Positions 1-9,132 of a DNA stretch of 52,757 nucleotides are shown in pieces. The position numbers were made by a program, and so were the translations under genes. Numbering within the stretch: position 1 is the first letter of the stretch; every line of letters begins with the position of its first letter. The notes under the pieces were generated by a model that made no database searches, was not told where the DNA came from, and saw only the letters and a program-made list of their open reading frames with translations. The stretch comes from Escherichia phage vB_EcoM_SD350, in sequence record OR911937.1. The stretch is one strand, 5' to 3'.

Positions 1-121
1 ACTTAGAGGCGTCTATATGTATGATCCGGTTTATCTCTTTATTAATATCAGAACCGGATGAAAAAAATTTACGCTGGCGGAAAAAATAAAAAAACCGGAT
101 TGATAAATAAATCTGTAGACG

Positions 122-150
122 TTTACACTATAAAAAAGATGTGTTACAAT
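122..150 (+). promoter_or_regulatory. sigma70-like promoter candidate
   Basis: TTTACA (122-127), 17-nt spacer, TACAAT (145-150), ~55 nt upstream of the ATG at 205. Confidence 0.35.
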
Positions 151-204
151 ATTTATCAATGTTGCTGGTTACCAAATCTTTGAATTATACGCGAGGCTGA
201 ATAA

Positions 205-636
205 ATGGTTAATATAAGACAGAAAGGACAGAACTTTGAGCGCAAAATGGCTAAGAAGTTCAATAGCTCGTTCGGATTAACTGTTGAGCGCAATCTTCAA
301 CAGTCTATTAATGGCGGGGATGACTTGCTGGGTGTACCATTTTTCAGTGTTGAACTGAAGAAGCACAATACCAAGTCTATCGGAACATGGTGGAGACAGT
401 GTGCGGCGTCGGCAAAGGCTCAGAACAAGATGCCAGTGCTTATATACGAACTACCAAGAAAACAGCCTACCGTGGTGATGAATAAGGCTGATGTGATTGA
501 CTGTTTTCCAAGTGGCACGACTTTTAACGAGGCATCGAATCGCCTCTTTGTGGGTCTAGTAGAATTAACATGGGAACAATTTTGCCGGGTCTACAACTAT
601 TACGTTGCGCCCGGCACTCAATATCACGTCAATTAA
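205..636 (+). CDS. hypothetical protein, possible PD-(D/E)xK-type nuclease
   Basis: 143-aa ORF; segment GGDDLLGVPFFSVELKK resembles a D...E-x-K nuclease core; motif-level only. Confidence 0.4.
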   Translation: MVNIRQKGQNFERKMAKKFNSSFGLTVERNLQQSINGGDDLLGVPFFSVELKKHNTKSIGTWWRQCAASAKAQNKMPVLIYELPRKQPTVVMNKADVIDCFPSGTTFNEASNRLFVGLVELTWEQFCRVYNYYVAPGTQYHVN

Positions 637-818
637 TCTTGTTTCAGCTCGTCGCAAATGACACGCTGATTTTTGGCAGGGATAATACCAAGATTTAGCA
701 GGGTGTATGGACTATCAGCGACACATTGTTCAACGGTAGTCCATTCAGGTTTGGATTCAACAATTTCGTAACTACAATCATGAGTAGCCACACATGTTGC
801 CAGGATTAAGCCAATCAC
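633..818 (-). CDS. hypothetical small protein
   Basis: 61-aa ORF at the tail of the leftward early block; short, weak support. Confidence 0.25.
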   Translation of the reverse strand: MIGLILATCVATHDCSYEIVESKPEWTTVEQCVADSPYTLLNLGIIPAKNQRVICDELKQD

Positions 819-993
819 AAGTAATCACCTTCAACCAGGAACTCAAACAGCTGGTTGTAAACGTTGCAACCTTTAGCGAAAGAGCTTTCAGCAGGTTTAC
901 CATCGCGGACGATCATCATATACTCACCGCCATGGATGTCCACCCAATATTGCATGCCACCTTTGACCGGATTACGTTGTAAGAATTTAAACA

Positions 994-1239
994 TTATTTG
1001 CTCCTTATTCCAAGTTTATTCAATAACCAAATTGTCATGTCAACCCAGGTTAACGGTACAGTTTTCGGGGGTTGATAATCCCAGCAGCTTGCAGTTCTTT
1101 GTATTTCTGCTTGGCGCCGCTCCGCTTCGCGTAATACCGCATCGTCAGAAGTGCCGGCAGAAAAAAGATCGGTAATACCAGATAAATCGCGTTGATTAAC
1201 ACGTCGAGCAATGTCATATAAATCATCCTTAGAAAACAT
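994..1239 (-). CDS. hypothetical early protein
   Basis: 81-aa ORF, co-oriented with the leftward early block. Confidence 0.35.
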   Translation of the reverse strand: MFSKDDLYDIARRVNQRDLSGITDLFSAGTSDDAVLREAERRQAEIQRTASCWDYQPPKTVPLTWVDMTIWLLNKLGIRSK

Positions 1240-1446
1240 AAGCCAATACCATAAGAATTATCATAAAGACCCCAACCAGCTTCCTCATCGCCCGACCTTC
1301 AGCATATGCAGGATTCACAACAGAATACTCAACAACATGTTTACAGCGGACCATAAGGGCCTCCACTTGTGGGTTAATTCAATCATGAGGACTTTTATCA
1401 AATCCTCATTGTTGAATCAATCACCAGCGTCAGGACTTTGTTGATA

Positions 1447-1650
1447 TTACTCAATCATTACCTGAACTACTATTATACACTCTTTATTGAAGCGAGTAAA
1501 CACTTTTCCACCATTAGTGCGTTTAGCCCCAGATTTTAGAGCTGACTGGCACCAGATATGCCACTCCTCAACTGTCAAGAATTTTTGCTCAGCTTTTGGT
1601 GGCAATCCATGGGCAAGGTCTACCGTAGTAAATTTGACTAGTGGCATCAC
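1447..1650 (-). CDS. hypothetical early protein
   Basis: 67-aa ORF; its start overlaps the stop of the upstream gene by 4 nt (coupling). Confidence 0.35.
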   Translation of the reverse strand: MMPLVKFTTVDLAHGLPPKAEQKFLTVEEWHIWCQSALKSGAKRTNGGKVFTRFNKECIIVVQVMIE

Positions 1651-2069
1651 TTGACCTCAAATTTTGACTCGTCGTATTCCGGATCAGTCACGTCCCGGGT
1701 TACACAATTTTTGATTGCTTCCCAGTATTTTTGGGCGTCATCACCATCGACGTAAACCGTCCAGTGGCCGTAACTACCTTCAAATCTGTCCCAGGCTTGT
1801 TCCCAGACTTTACCATCTTCCAGCTTGTACCAAGTTGGACGACTGTCAAACTCACGAATTGGATGGTACCCCATCAAGGGATTCATCAGGTCGATAATGT
1901 CTTCCCGACTAATCTCTTGGTTCTCCCACAACACCGTCATGAATTGCTCAAACTTGAAGGCGTTTGGCAGAACTTTGAGTACTTTACCGTCACAATATAC
2001 GGTATAGATACCATCTTCGCATTTTGCACTGTACATGTTTCTCTCTCCTGTTGATATAATTTCAATCAT
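1647..2069 (-). CDS. hypothetical early protein
   Basis: 140-aa ORF, compact co-oriented packing. Confidence 0.45.
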   Translation of the reverse strand: MIEIISTGERNMYSAKCEDGIYTVYCDGKVLKVLPNAFKFEQFMTVLWENQEISREDIIDLMNPLMGYHPIREFDSRPTWYKLEDGKVWEQAWDRFEGSYGHWTVYVDGDDAQKYWEAIKNCVTRDVTDPEYDESKFEVK

Positions 2070-2104
2070 GAACTATCACAACTTTGGATAGTTCATTGTT
2101 GAAA

Positions 2105-2293
2105 CTATACTAACTTTGTTGCGATCTGAATTGTCAGCCGGAAATCTTCCATCAAGTTATCAAACTCTTTGGAACCACCAACAGCATCAGATATTTGATC
2201 TTTCACAATTTGGGCATTTGATTCCAGTAATTCAATCAGGTGCGCCAATTCGTCTTCAGTCAATTTCAGATCTTTCATAATGCATCCACCCAA
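2105..2293 (-). CDS. hypothetical small protein
   Basis: 62-aa ORF; overlaps the neighbouring ORF by 19 nt. Confidence 0.3.
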   Translation of the reverse strand: MGGCIMKDLKLTEDELAHLIELLESNAQIVKDQISDAVGGSKEFDNLMEDFRLTIQIATKLV

Positions 2294-2532
2294 GCCATAA
2301 CTTTTGCCAGTCTTACAACGTCTTCATGGTCCCGCTCGCCATCAGAAAATTCGCTGGCGATGATACCCATAATTGACGCCAGATTCATGTTGATGATGTA
2401 TGCGTGTTGGCGCACTTCATCAATTCCTGAATCTATCACCAGTTCCGCAAATTCTTGTGAACCTTCATCCCATTCAGCCCAATACTGCTCAGCATAAAAG
2501 TCCAGTTCTTTTTTCATCTCAATGTCAGTCAT
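2275..2532 (-). CDS. hypothetical early protein (acidic)
   Basis: 85-aa ORF in the leftward early array. Confidence 0.4.
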   Translation of the reverse strand: MTDIEMKKELDFYAEQYWAEWDEGSQEFAELVIDSGIDEVRQHAYIINMNLASIMGIIASEFSDGERDHEDVVRLAKVMAWVDAL

Positions 2533-2537
2533 TTTGA

Positions 2538-2738
2538 TTACTCCTCAGAACCTGAAAATTTGTCGTCAATGGCTTCAACAATATAATCAAGAGTTGAAGT
2601 GTGAGAACTATCAGAAAAAGTGCCCATCTTCTCTAACTCAATCATCATATCACGCAAGGCCATCGCCTGGTCTTTGGTCAGTTTGATTTTAAGCATGTTT
2701 CTCTCCTGTTGATTGTGAATAATTTCAATTGATGGCAC
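2538..2738 (-). CDS. hypothetical small protein
   Basis: 66-aa ORF, 6-nt spacing to the next gene. Confidence 0.35.
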   Translation of the reverse strand: MPSIEIIHNQQERNMLKIKLTKDQAMALRDMMIELEKMGTFSDSSHTSTLDYIVEAIDDKFSGSEE

Positions 2739-2760
2739 TACTTGAGTGCCATCTCAAAAA

Positions 2761-3330
2761 TTACTCTTCAGTTTCTTGTGCTTCAGTTTCAGGTTTTACT
2801 TCAGTATCAGGTTTTTTGCCAGTTACTGATTTGCCATCAGTCACTTTACCAGATTTTACATCGTTCCGGTAGTATGACATATATGACTGGATAACACGTT
2901 TTGCCTTAATATCATCCGCTTCCATTCCGCAAGCTTTCATCGCATCAGCGAGCGCCAATTTGGAATCTTCCTTATCCATCAGGTTGTAATCTTTGAACAC
3001 CAGATAGCAGGTATCTTTGGTTGATGGACCAGATGACGATTTGCGAGAGCCACCAGCGGATGCTCGTGTTGTCGCAATTTTGACTTCTTCAACTTCCAGT
3101 TGGTTCAGCTCGTCAAACAAAGCCTTCACCAGCACTTCTTTGGAGTCTTTGACGCTTACAGTACTTTCATCATTAAGCGACTTAATCATCTTAATGATCT
3201 GGTTGTTGGCAAAGTACTGAAGACTATCCATCTGCACTACAATAGTGCCAAGACTTTCAGTAGTCAGACCAGATTTCACAGACTCGACAGAAAAAGCGGA
3301 AGTCAGGTAAACGTAGTTGATAGTTGTCAT
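2761..3330 (-). CDS. hypothetical early protein
   Basis: 189-aa ORF; GAGGA Shine-Dalgarno ~8 nt upstream of the ATG on the minus strand. Confidence 0.5.
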   Translation of the reverse strand: MTTINYVYLTSAFSVESVKSGLTTESLGTIVVQMDSLQYFANNQIIKMIKSLNDESTVSVKDSKEVLVKALFDELNQLEVEEVKIATTRASAGGSRKSSSGPSTKDTCYLVFKDYNLMDKEDSKLALADAMKACGMEADDIKAKRVIQSYMSYYRNDVKSGKVTDGKSVTGKKPDTEVKPETEAQETEE

Positions 3331-3426
3331 TTGATGTATCCTCGTTGATAGAATTTTTGATATGTGTCAATCCTTGACAAGTAAGTCCAATCATGACAAC
3401 TTTTATCAAGTTGTCATTGTTGGAAA

Positions 3427-3729
3427 TTACTTCGCGCTTGCGTTTTCAACGGCTTGTACAACTTTCAGCAAATGCCTGAAGTCATCATGATAAATTTCAT
3501 TAAAGCCATCTGCCGCAAAATTTTCGCCAATTAAGATCAGTCTTTCGCGGACCAAGTCAATCAATAGTTTATTGTCAGTTATTTCCGCACCTGTAACAAG
3601 TTCAACAAATAATTGCTGTACGTTATCACAACGGATGTTACTTTCAATACACACTTGGCGCATGTCTTCAACTATTGACATGATTGTGACTTGCATTTCT
3701 ACGTCAGAAGTGATATTATTTAGTTTCAT
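3427..3729 (-). CDS. hypothetical early protein (first gene of the leftward early operon)
   Basis: 100-aa ORF adjacent to the divergent control region. Confidence 0.45.
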   Translation of the reverse strand: MKLNNITSDVEMQVTIMSIVEDMRQVCIESNIRCDNVQQLFVELVTGAEITDNKLLIDLVRERLILIGENFAADGFNEIYHDDFRHLLKVVQAVENASAK

Positions 3730-4112
3730 AATAGTTACCTTTGTATTAGTTTCCAGGCGTGACTACTGATACCAATAGTCACTGGTTGAAACTATTACTA
3801 GTGTTACTATCAACAAGAAACATGTCACCAGATTGTTAAAGAGCAAAAGGTACCATTGACATCTACCAGATGTACCTGTTGACTGGTTAAGTACTACCTA
3901 CCTAATCTAAACCATACCAATATCCTTTAGACCAGTTAGACTGGTCAATCAGTCATCACATTCAATAAATATATAATAGACCAATCGCTATTGATTGTAC
4001 ATAAAAGAATTGCAAGTTTATGCAAGTTTTTAGAAATGATAATCACTTGCGATTGAGAGTGGTTCTCGTATGCAATTGATATAGTTTCACATGTAATTAT
4101 TCAACTCAAAAT

Positions 4113-4167
4113 GGTCGGCAGGGGTTATAATAACATAGGGGTGCCACTTAAAGGAGCCGGCGAAATT
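4113..4167. repeat. copy A of an imperfect ~55-bp direct repeat
   Basis: GGTCGGCAGGGGTTATAATAACATAGGGGTGCCACTTAAAGGAGCCGGCGAAATT; shares blocks GGC.GGGG / AGGGGTGC.AC / AGGAGCC.GC.AAATT with copy B. Confidence 0.5.
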
Positions 4168-4288
4168 ATTTCTAAAAATATAATTTCAATCTGAATTATA
4201 GACGCTTTGTACTATAACGGCCGAAGTAGTTCACACGGTAATTGTACCAATCATAATAGTTACCAGAGTAATCATTTCAATTGAAATA

Positions 4289-4343
4289 GGTGCGGCGGGG
4301 GGTAATTTCGCAGGGGTGCTACCTGCCAGGAGCCAGCAAAATT
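4289..4343. repeat. copy B of an imperfect ~55-bp direct repeat
   Basis: GGTGCGGCGGGGGGTAATTTCGCAGGGGTGCTACCTGCCAGGAGCCAGCAAAATT; both copies preceded by an ATTTCAAT..GAA motif. Confidence 0.5.
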
Positions 4344-4564
4344 TTTTATTTTTTCTCTATTTTCTCCTTATCAGGACCAATCATCATCAGATTGATACGA
4401 CAGGAGCTAACCTTTTGCTTAACACAATAATAAGTGAAGCCCCTCTAAAATTTTTTTATATTTTTCGGAAATTGTGTAGACACTCACTAAAAAGTGGTGT
4501 ACTTTCTCTCCTCCACGCGCTATCATTAATGTGAATCATCAAACGGCCTCACGGTCTCCTACTT

Positions 4565-5062
4565 GTGGGTAACATTATGAAAATTGTTCAATTAGAGCCA
4601 TATCCGCCTCAATTGGCTATTGTTTGTAGTGAAAAAGAGCACGAAGAGCTCCAAAAACTGATGGATTTGCCTGATTTTGGCAACTGGAATGACCGAGAAA
4701 CGCGTACTGCATCTACCTATACGTTCACTCGCGTTAACTACCCGTATCTGTTAATCGTCGTCGAGCTGTACCACCCGGACGACCTGAAGTACAACACCAT
4801 TTCCCACGAAGGCATTCACGTAATGTCAACGCTGATGAACTATGTTGGCCTTAAATACGACCCGGAAAACGATGAATGGTACGCATATCAGCATGATTTC
4901 ATCGTAAATGCCATTTGTAAGGCCCATGACGAGTACATTGAGCGCCAAAAAACGCCAAAAACTAAGCCAAAAATCGAAACAGGTAATCATCCTGCTATAC
5001 TGCCACAAGACGTAATGAACTCGCTTTTGACTGACACTACTGGGGACTTTTTAGGTGATTAA
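4565..5062 (+). CDS. hypothetical protein with HExxH motif (possible small zinc metallopeptidase-like)
   Basis: 165-aa ORF with HEGIH; start may be GTG at 4565 or ATG at 4577. Confidence 0.45.
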   Translation: MGNIMKIVQLEPYPPQLAIVCSEKEHEELQKLMDLPDFGNWNDRETRTASTYTFTRVNYPYLLIVVELYHPDDLKYNTISHEGIHVMSTLMNYVGLKYDPENDEWYAYQHDFIVNAICKAHDEYIERQKTPKTKPKIETGNHPAILPQDVMNSLLTDTTGDFLGD

Positions 5063-5729
5063 TATAATCTTTGCAATGGGCCAAAATGGGGAATTCGGGT
5101 TATCTCCGGAGTTTATGAAGCATCAGGTTGACTCGTGCAAGACCATGGAAGAGGTTCGTGCGCTTCCTAAATCGGGTCTGCCCTGGAAATGTCCGTCAGA
5201 CATGCTCTTTTTCAGGACTATGACTAATTCAATTGCGACAGAACCAGGCTATAATGCATATCAGCAGCTACGTGGACAATTCCCAAATGGCCAGTTGCGA
5301 AATATGATAGCAGATGTAACGGTAAAAATGGTCGGGCATAGTGTATTGTTAGCCGGTCGTAACACGTATATGACTATGAGTCTGCCTATGTCAGCCCACA
5401 GAATACTGCTGCCGGTATCTCGCCAGATTATGGCTTCAGAAGGCTACAATAATCTGGGTGAGATGGCCGCAGACCTTGAGTCCAGAGGTACTGACGTCTG
5501 GATTGTAGGTGGTGCCGAGTTGATACTTTCGGCCCTTGAAGAACACGCAAAAGACTTACTCCGTATCGACAACATGTTTATCAGTACAATCAAGCAATCA
5601 GGTCCAAGTGATATTTTAATGGATCGTAGCAAATTAATGATGTACATTGATAGCGACTTCACTTATAATGATGAATATGTTGATAACAAACAAGTTCTGA
5701 TACAACGGTACAGGAGTTTACACAAATGA
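5055..5729 (+). CDS. dihydrofolate reductase-like protein
   Basis: Motifs IIFAMGQNGEFG, LPW, LLAGRNTY..SLP and VWIVGGAEL in the order seen in DHFRs; GTG start overlapping the upstream stop; longer than typical DHFR (224 aa). Confidence 0.55.
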   Translation: MINIIFAMGQNGEFGLSPEFMKHQVDSCKTMEEVRALPKSGLPWKCPSDMLFFRTMTNSIATEPGYNAYQQLRGQFPNGQLRNMIADVTVKMVGHSVLLAGRNTYMTMSLPMSAHRILLPVSRQIMASEGYNNLGEMAADLESRGTDVWIVGGAELILSALEEHAKDLLRIDNMFISTIKQSGPSDILMDRSKLMMYIDSDFTYNDEYVDNKQVLIQRYRSLHK

Positions 5730-6232
5730 ACATCATAATCGAGGGGCCCGACAATGCTGGTAAATCTACACTTATTGAGTTCCTTAAATCTCGTACTGGC
5801 CGCAATGTTATTCATAATACTGTTGATAAAGACCCCGAATCGGTCATGGCTAAACAGGCCAAAGAAAACTCGTTGGAAGGCGATTGCATTTATGATCGTA
5901 GCGCTGTTATATCTGAGTATATCTATTGCCTGGTTCTTCAACGTACGCCTGTCATCAATATTAATGTATCACATGTAGCAGATATGTGTGACAACGCTAT
6001 CGTTATCTTTTGTATGCCGCCTGTTGAAAAGGTACTGGCAACTACAAAAGACGAAATGCCTGGTGTTGTGGAAAATCTTGAGGCGTTATACAATCAGTAT
6101 GACAACCTCATTGACGAGCTGGTTATGATGAGTAAGCAGTTCTTCATTTACGACTGGACTGTTGAAGAAGACGGTCCTGAAGCAGCTCTCGAATATATCA
6201 ATGAACGTATTAATAAGGAGTGGAACAAATGA
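5726..6232 (+). CDS. thymidylate-kinase-like P-loop nucleotide kinase
   Basis: IIIEGPDNAGKST P-loop and a DRS segment resembling the Tmk DR(Y/H) motif; 168 aa. Confidence 0.5.
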   Translation: MNIIIEGPDNAGKSTLIEFLKSRTGRNVIHNTVDKDPESVMAKQAKENSLEGDCIYDRSAVISEYIYCLVLQRTPVININVSHVADMCDNAIVIFCMPPVEKVLATTKDEMPGVVENLEALYNQYDNLIDELVMMSKQFFIYDWTVEEDGPEAALEYINERINKEWNK

Positions 6233-6921
6233 GCCCAGTATACAATACCTCAATCACACTGTCAGCAACCGTAGGGGACGTCAACAAGACCGTTACTGTG
6301 GGTTCAACTAACCCGAACCTGTCAGGCGAAGACCTGCTGCGCCTGGCCAAACGTGCTCTTGAAGATAACGAAGTGACTGGTACTGAAGGCGTCAGCATCG
6401 AAATTAACGTCGAAGGATGTCCACACAGCATCAGTATTGCGACCTCTGACAATGAAACTGAAAAGTTCAACGATGAGCTGGAATATCGTACTGGTAAGAT
6501 GTTCAGCAGTGCGTTAAACTGGTACTTGTGCAAGGCCTCGGGTTATACTGGTGCTCCTATGTCAGACCGTATGTTAGCTGATATGTCAGCTCGCGAAATT
6601 GCTAAAGGCTGGGCACATGTACAGATGCTGCAGGAGCATATCTGCAAGCTGGAAAGCTGCAATAAAGACGCGTCTGAGCTTATTACTGCCTATAAGCGAC
6701 AGATTAACGACCTGCAGCAACTGATGGGCAAACGTGCTGAAGAGTATGAGGCTGAGATTCGTAGCCTTAACGGTACAGCTGTTGCTAACAACCGTGCTTT
6801 CAGCGAAGAGCGTAAAGCGCTTATTACCCAGCGTGACGCTGAAAAACGTCGTGCAGACGACCTGGCAGATCGTCTTAACTTTATCCGTAAGCATATGGAT
6901 GCTATGGAAGGGGTAATCTGA
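6229..6921 (+). CDS. hypothetical protein (coiled-coil C-terminal half)
   Basis: ATG at 6229 with AAGGAG 8 nt upstream, overlapping the upstream stop (ATGA). Confidence 0.5.
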   Translation: MSPVYNTSITLSATVGDVNKTVTVGSTNPNLSGEDLLRLAKRALEDNEVTGTEGVSIEINVEGCPHSISIATSDNETEKFNDELEYRTGKMFSSALNWYLCKASGYTGAPMSDRMLADMSAREIAKGWAHVQMLQEHICKLESCNKDASELITAYKRQINDLQQLMGKRAEEYEAEIRSLNGTAVANNRAFSEERKALITQRDAEKRRADDLADRLNFIRKHMDAMEGVI

Positions 6922-7211
6922 TGGACCTGTTCGATATGGTCGAACATCCTGAAGTAAACGGCTTGGCTGAAGCTAAGCCGTTTAGCTGGGATGAATTCGT
7001 AGCAGGCAAACCTGCTGTAACCCACAACGGGCAGATTGCATATTACGGAGGCCATAGCGAACATCCGATGTGCACTCACCTGTACAACGCTATCACAACC
7101 ATATCCGACGAAAACGTTATTAAATACGGAAAAGAAGTAATGCCTTTTCTTGTAGATGAACGCGGTTACTTCGAAGGTAAATGGTTCCCGTTTCTGGTAG
7201 AAATGGCCTAA
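6921..7211 (+). CDS. hypothetical protein
   Basis: 96-aa ORF, start overlaps the previous stop. Confidence 0.45.
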   Translation: MDLFDMVEHPEVNGLAEAKPFSWDEFVAGKPAVTHNGQIAYYGGHSEHPMCTHLYNAITTISDENVIKYGKEVMPFLVDERGYFEGKWFPFLVEMA

Positions 7212-7327
7212 AAACCGGATAAATATAAAGGCGTCTAAGCTAGTTCTTCATCTATATAAGCTACTTATTCGCCTTTCTACTGTAGACTTTCTCATCATCT
7301 CTCTAGACACTCCATTTTTATATTCTG

Positions 7328-7356
7328 TTTACTTACTTCGCGTAACTCGTTATAAT
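7328..7356 (+). promoter_or_regulatory. late-block promoter candidate (TTTACT-N17-TATAAT)
   Basis: TTTACT 7328-7333, TATAAT 7351-7356; same architecture recurs at 10701, 12617, 18075, 20941, 49575. Confidence 0.4.
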
Positions 7357-7388
7357 CCCGACTATCCGGATTAACGAGGACGATACCC

Positions 7389-7679
7389 ATGGCAAAACCG
7401 AAAAAAACCCGTGAGGCAACAGAAGAGCTGTTGGCCACGATGCGACGTATCCAACTGGACCCGTTGGAAGTTATGCAACGGGCTATCATACTTGCTGAAC
7501 GTGAAGACGACTACAAAGCGATGATGGATGGTGCACTGGGCGTTATGCCGTACATGTATCCTAAACTGAAAGAATCCGTTGTCAAAGCAGACATCGACCA
7601 GAACCTGTCTGGTAATGGTGTCAACCTGAACATTACAATAGGCGACCAGAAAGTGGTAGATACTACTGGGGAAGAGTAA
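7389..7679 (+). CDS. terminase small subunit candidate
   Basis: 96-aa ORF immediately upstream of the large terminase, GAGGA ribosome-binding site; positional call. Confidence 0.45.
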   Translation: MAKPKKTREATEELLATMRRIQLDPLEVMQRAIILAEREDDYKAMMDGALGVMPYMYPKLKESVVKADIDQNLSGNGVNLNITIGDQKVVDTTGEE

Positions 7680-7682
7680 TAA

Positions 7683-9131
7683 ATGAATCTTGACTTTCAC
7701 CTGCATGACAGACAAGGTGCCGCTCTGCAGTCTCAGGCAACTGAGATTCTGTACGGTGGCGCCGCTGGTGGTGGTAAGTCTCACCTTATGCGTGTAATGT
7801 CAATTATCATGTGCTGCATGATACCTGACTTGCAGATTTACCTTTTCCGCCGAAACTATAACGACCTTACGGCTAACCACATGGTTGGTCCCACAAGTTA
7901 TCCTGCCTTGCTGGACGGTATGTGCAAAGCTGGCAAGTGCAAGATTAACTACTCGAGCAACACGATTAAATTCTGGAACGGTGCGAACATCAAGCTCTGC
8001 CACCTCCAGTACGAAAAAGATATTTATACATACCAGGGTGCGGAGATTCACGTTCTGCTGATGGATGAGCTTACTCACTTCACAGAAACGATGTACCGCT
8101 TCTTGCGTAACCGTGTCCGACTCGGTGCTCTCAAAGTCCCTGAGAACTTTTTCCGGCCACTGCCACTCATCTTTTGTGGGTCAAACCCCGGTGGTGTTGG
8201 TCACAACTGGGTTAAGCGCACTTTCGTAACTGCTGCTCCTCCGATGAAAATCGTTAAGCAGGAAAAACGCGAAGGCGGTATGGCGCGTCAGTACATTCCG
8301 GCTAAGATGACTGATAACCCTACGCTGATGGAAAACGACCCTGACTACGGTGACCGTCTTGAAGGTCTTGGTGACCCGGCTCTTGTTGCTGCGATGAAAG
8401 AGGGTGACTGGGATATTGTTGCAGGTGGTGCGCTTGACGACGTATGGTCAACCAAGTGTATTCTGCCGCGTATGCGTATTCCGAAAGGCTGGACTATCGA
8501 ACGTTCTCTTGACTGGGGTTCTACTCACCCGTTCTCTGTTGGTATCTGGGCTATTGCAAATGGTGCCTCGCTTACAGACGACGAAGGCAATGAGTACTTT
8601 ATTCCGCGTGGTTCAATTATACGTATAGCTGAATGGTATGGGTGCTCTGAAAAAGAAGCTAACAGGGGTATTAAATTATCTGCTGCCGAAGTCGCTCAAG
8701 GTATTATTCGTCTACAGGAAAATTTGCAGGCTGGTGGCTGGATTCAAAGCAACGTTAATCCTGGTCCGGCAGATAGTCAGATTTATGCGTGCAAGGAAAA
8801 AGACGTCGAGACTATCGCGAAGAAAATGGAAGACGAAGGCGTAACCTGGGTCAAGGCCGACAAGTCGCAAGGTTCGAGAATAAATGGCTTAGAGCTATTC
8901 CGTCAGCTTCTGAAAAATGTTAAGATGGACGAAACGGAAAAGCCGGGCATTTATTTCATGGAAAACTGTCCAGCAGCCATAAACACGTTGCCGGTTCTGC
9001 CGCGTGACAAGAACAACACGGAAGATGTCGACACGAACTCTGAGGACCACGTATACGATGATTGTCGTTACATGGTGTTGCGTGGCATCAACCGTTATAC
9101 TACCAAGCTCAAAATAAATATGGGACGGTAA
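7683..9131 (+). CDS. terminase large subunit
   Basis: 482 aa; Walker A GGAAGGGKSH near the N-terminus and acidic nuclease-like C-terminal half; followed by portal. Confidence 0.7.
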   Translation: MNLDFHLHDRQGAALQSQATEILYGGAAGGGKSHLMRVMSIIMCCMIPDLQIYLFRRNYNDLTANHMVGPTSYPALLDGMCKAGKCKINYSSNTIKFWNGANIKLCHLQYEKDIYTYQGAEIHVLLMDELTHFTETMYRFLRNRVRLGALKVPENFFRPLPLIFCGSNPGGVGHNWVKRTFVTAAPPMKIVKQEKREGGMARQYIPAKMTDNPTLMENDPDYGDRLEGLGDPALVAAMKEGDWDIVAGGALDDVWSTKCILPRMRIPKGWTIERSLDWGSTHPFSVGIWAIANGASLTDDEGNEYFIPRGSIIRIAEWYGCSEKEANRGIKLSAAEVAQGIIRLQENLQAGGWIQSNVNPGPADSQIYACKEKDVETIAKKMEDEGVTWVKADKSQGSRINGLELFRQLLKNVKMDETEKPGIYFMENCPAAINTLPVLPRDKNNTEDVDTNSEDHVYDDCRYMVLRGINRYTTKLKINMGR

Positions 9132-9132
9132 A

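Larger units (their letters stand above)
3770..4564. promoter_or_regulatory. divergent early control region
   Basis: ~800 bp without a convincing ORF between leftward (3729) and rightward (4565) genes; several TTGAC hexamers, inverted repeats GTGACTA...TAGTCAC (3770-3796) and GACCAGT-tag-ACTGGTC (~3930-3946), and repeated elements. Confidence 0.5.

Noticed and set aside
4316-4534. 72-aa plus-strand ORF in the divergent control region
   Set aside because: Overlaps repeat copy B and AT-rich promoter-like sequence, has no ribosome-binding site, and its translation looks like promoter DNA.
7371-7784. 137-aa minus-strand ORF overlapping the terminase region, and similar antisense ORFs throughout the late block
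   Set aside because: They lie antisense to well-supported, tightly coupled structural genes and lack ribosome-binding sites.
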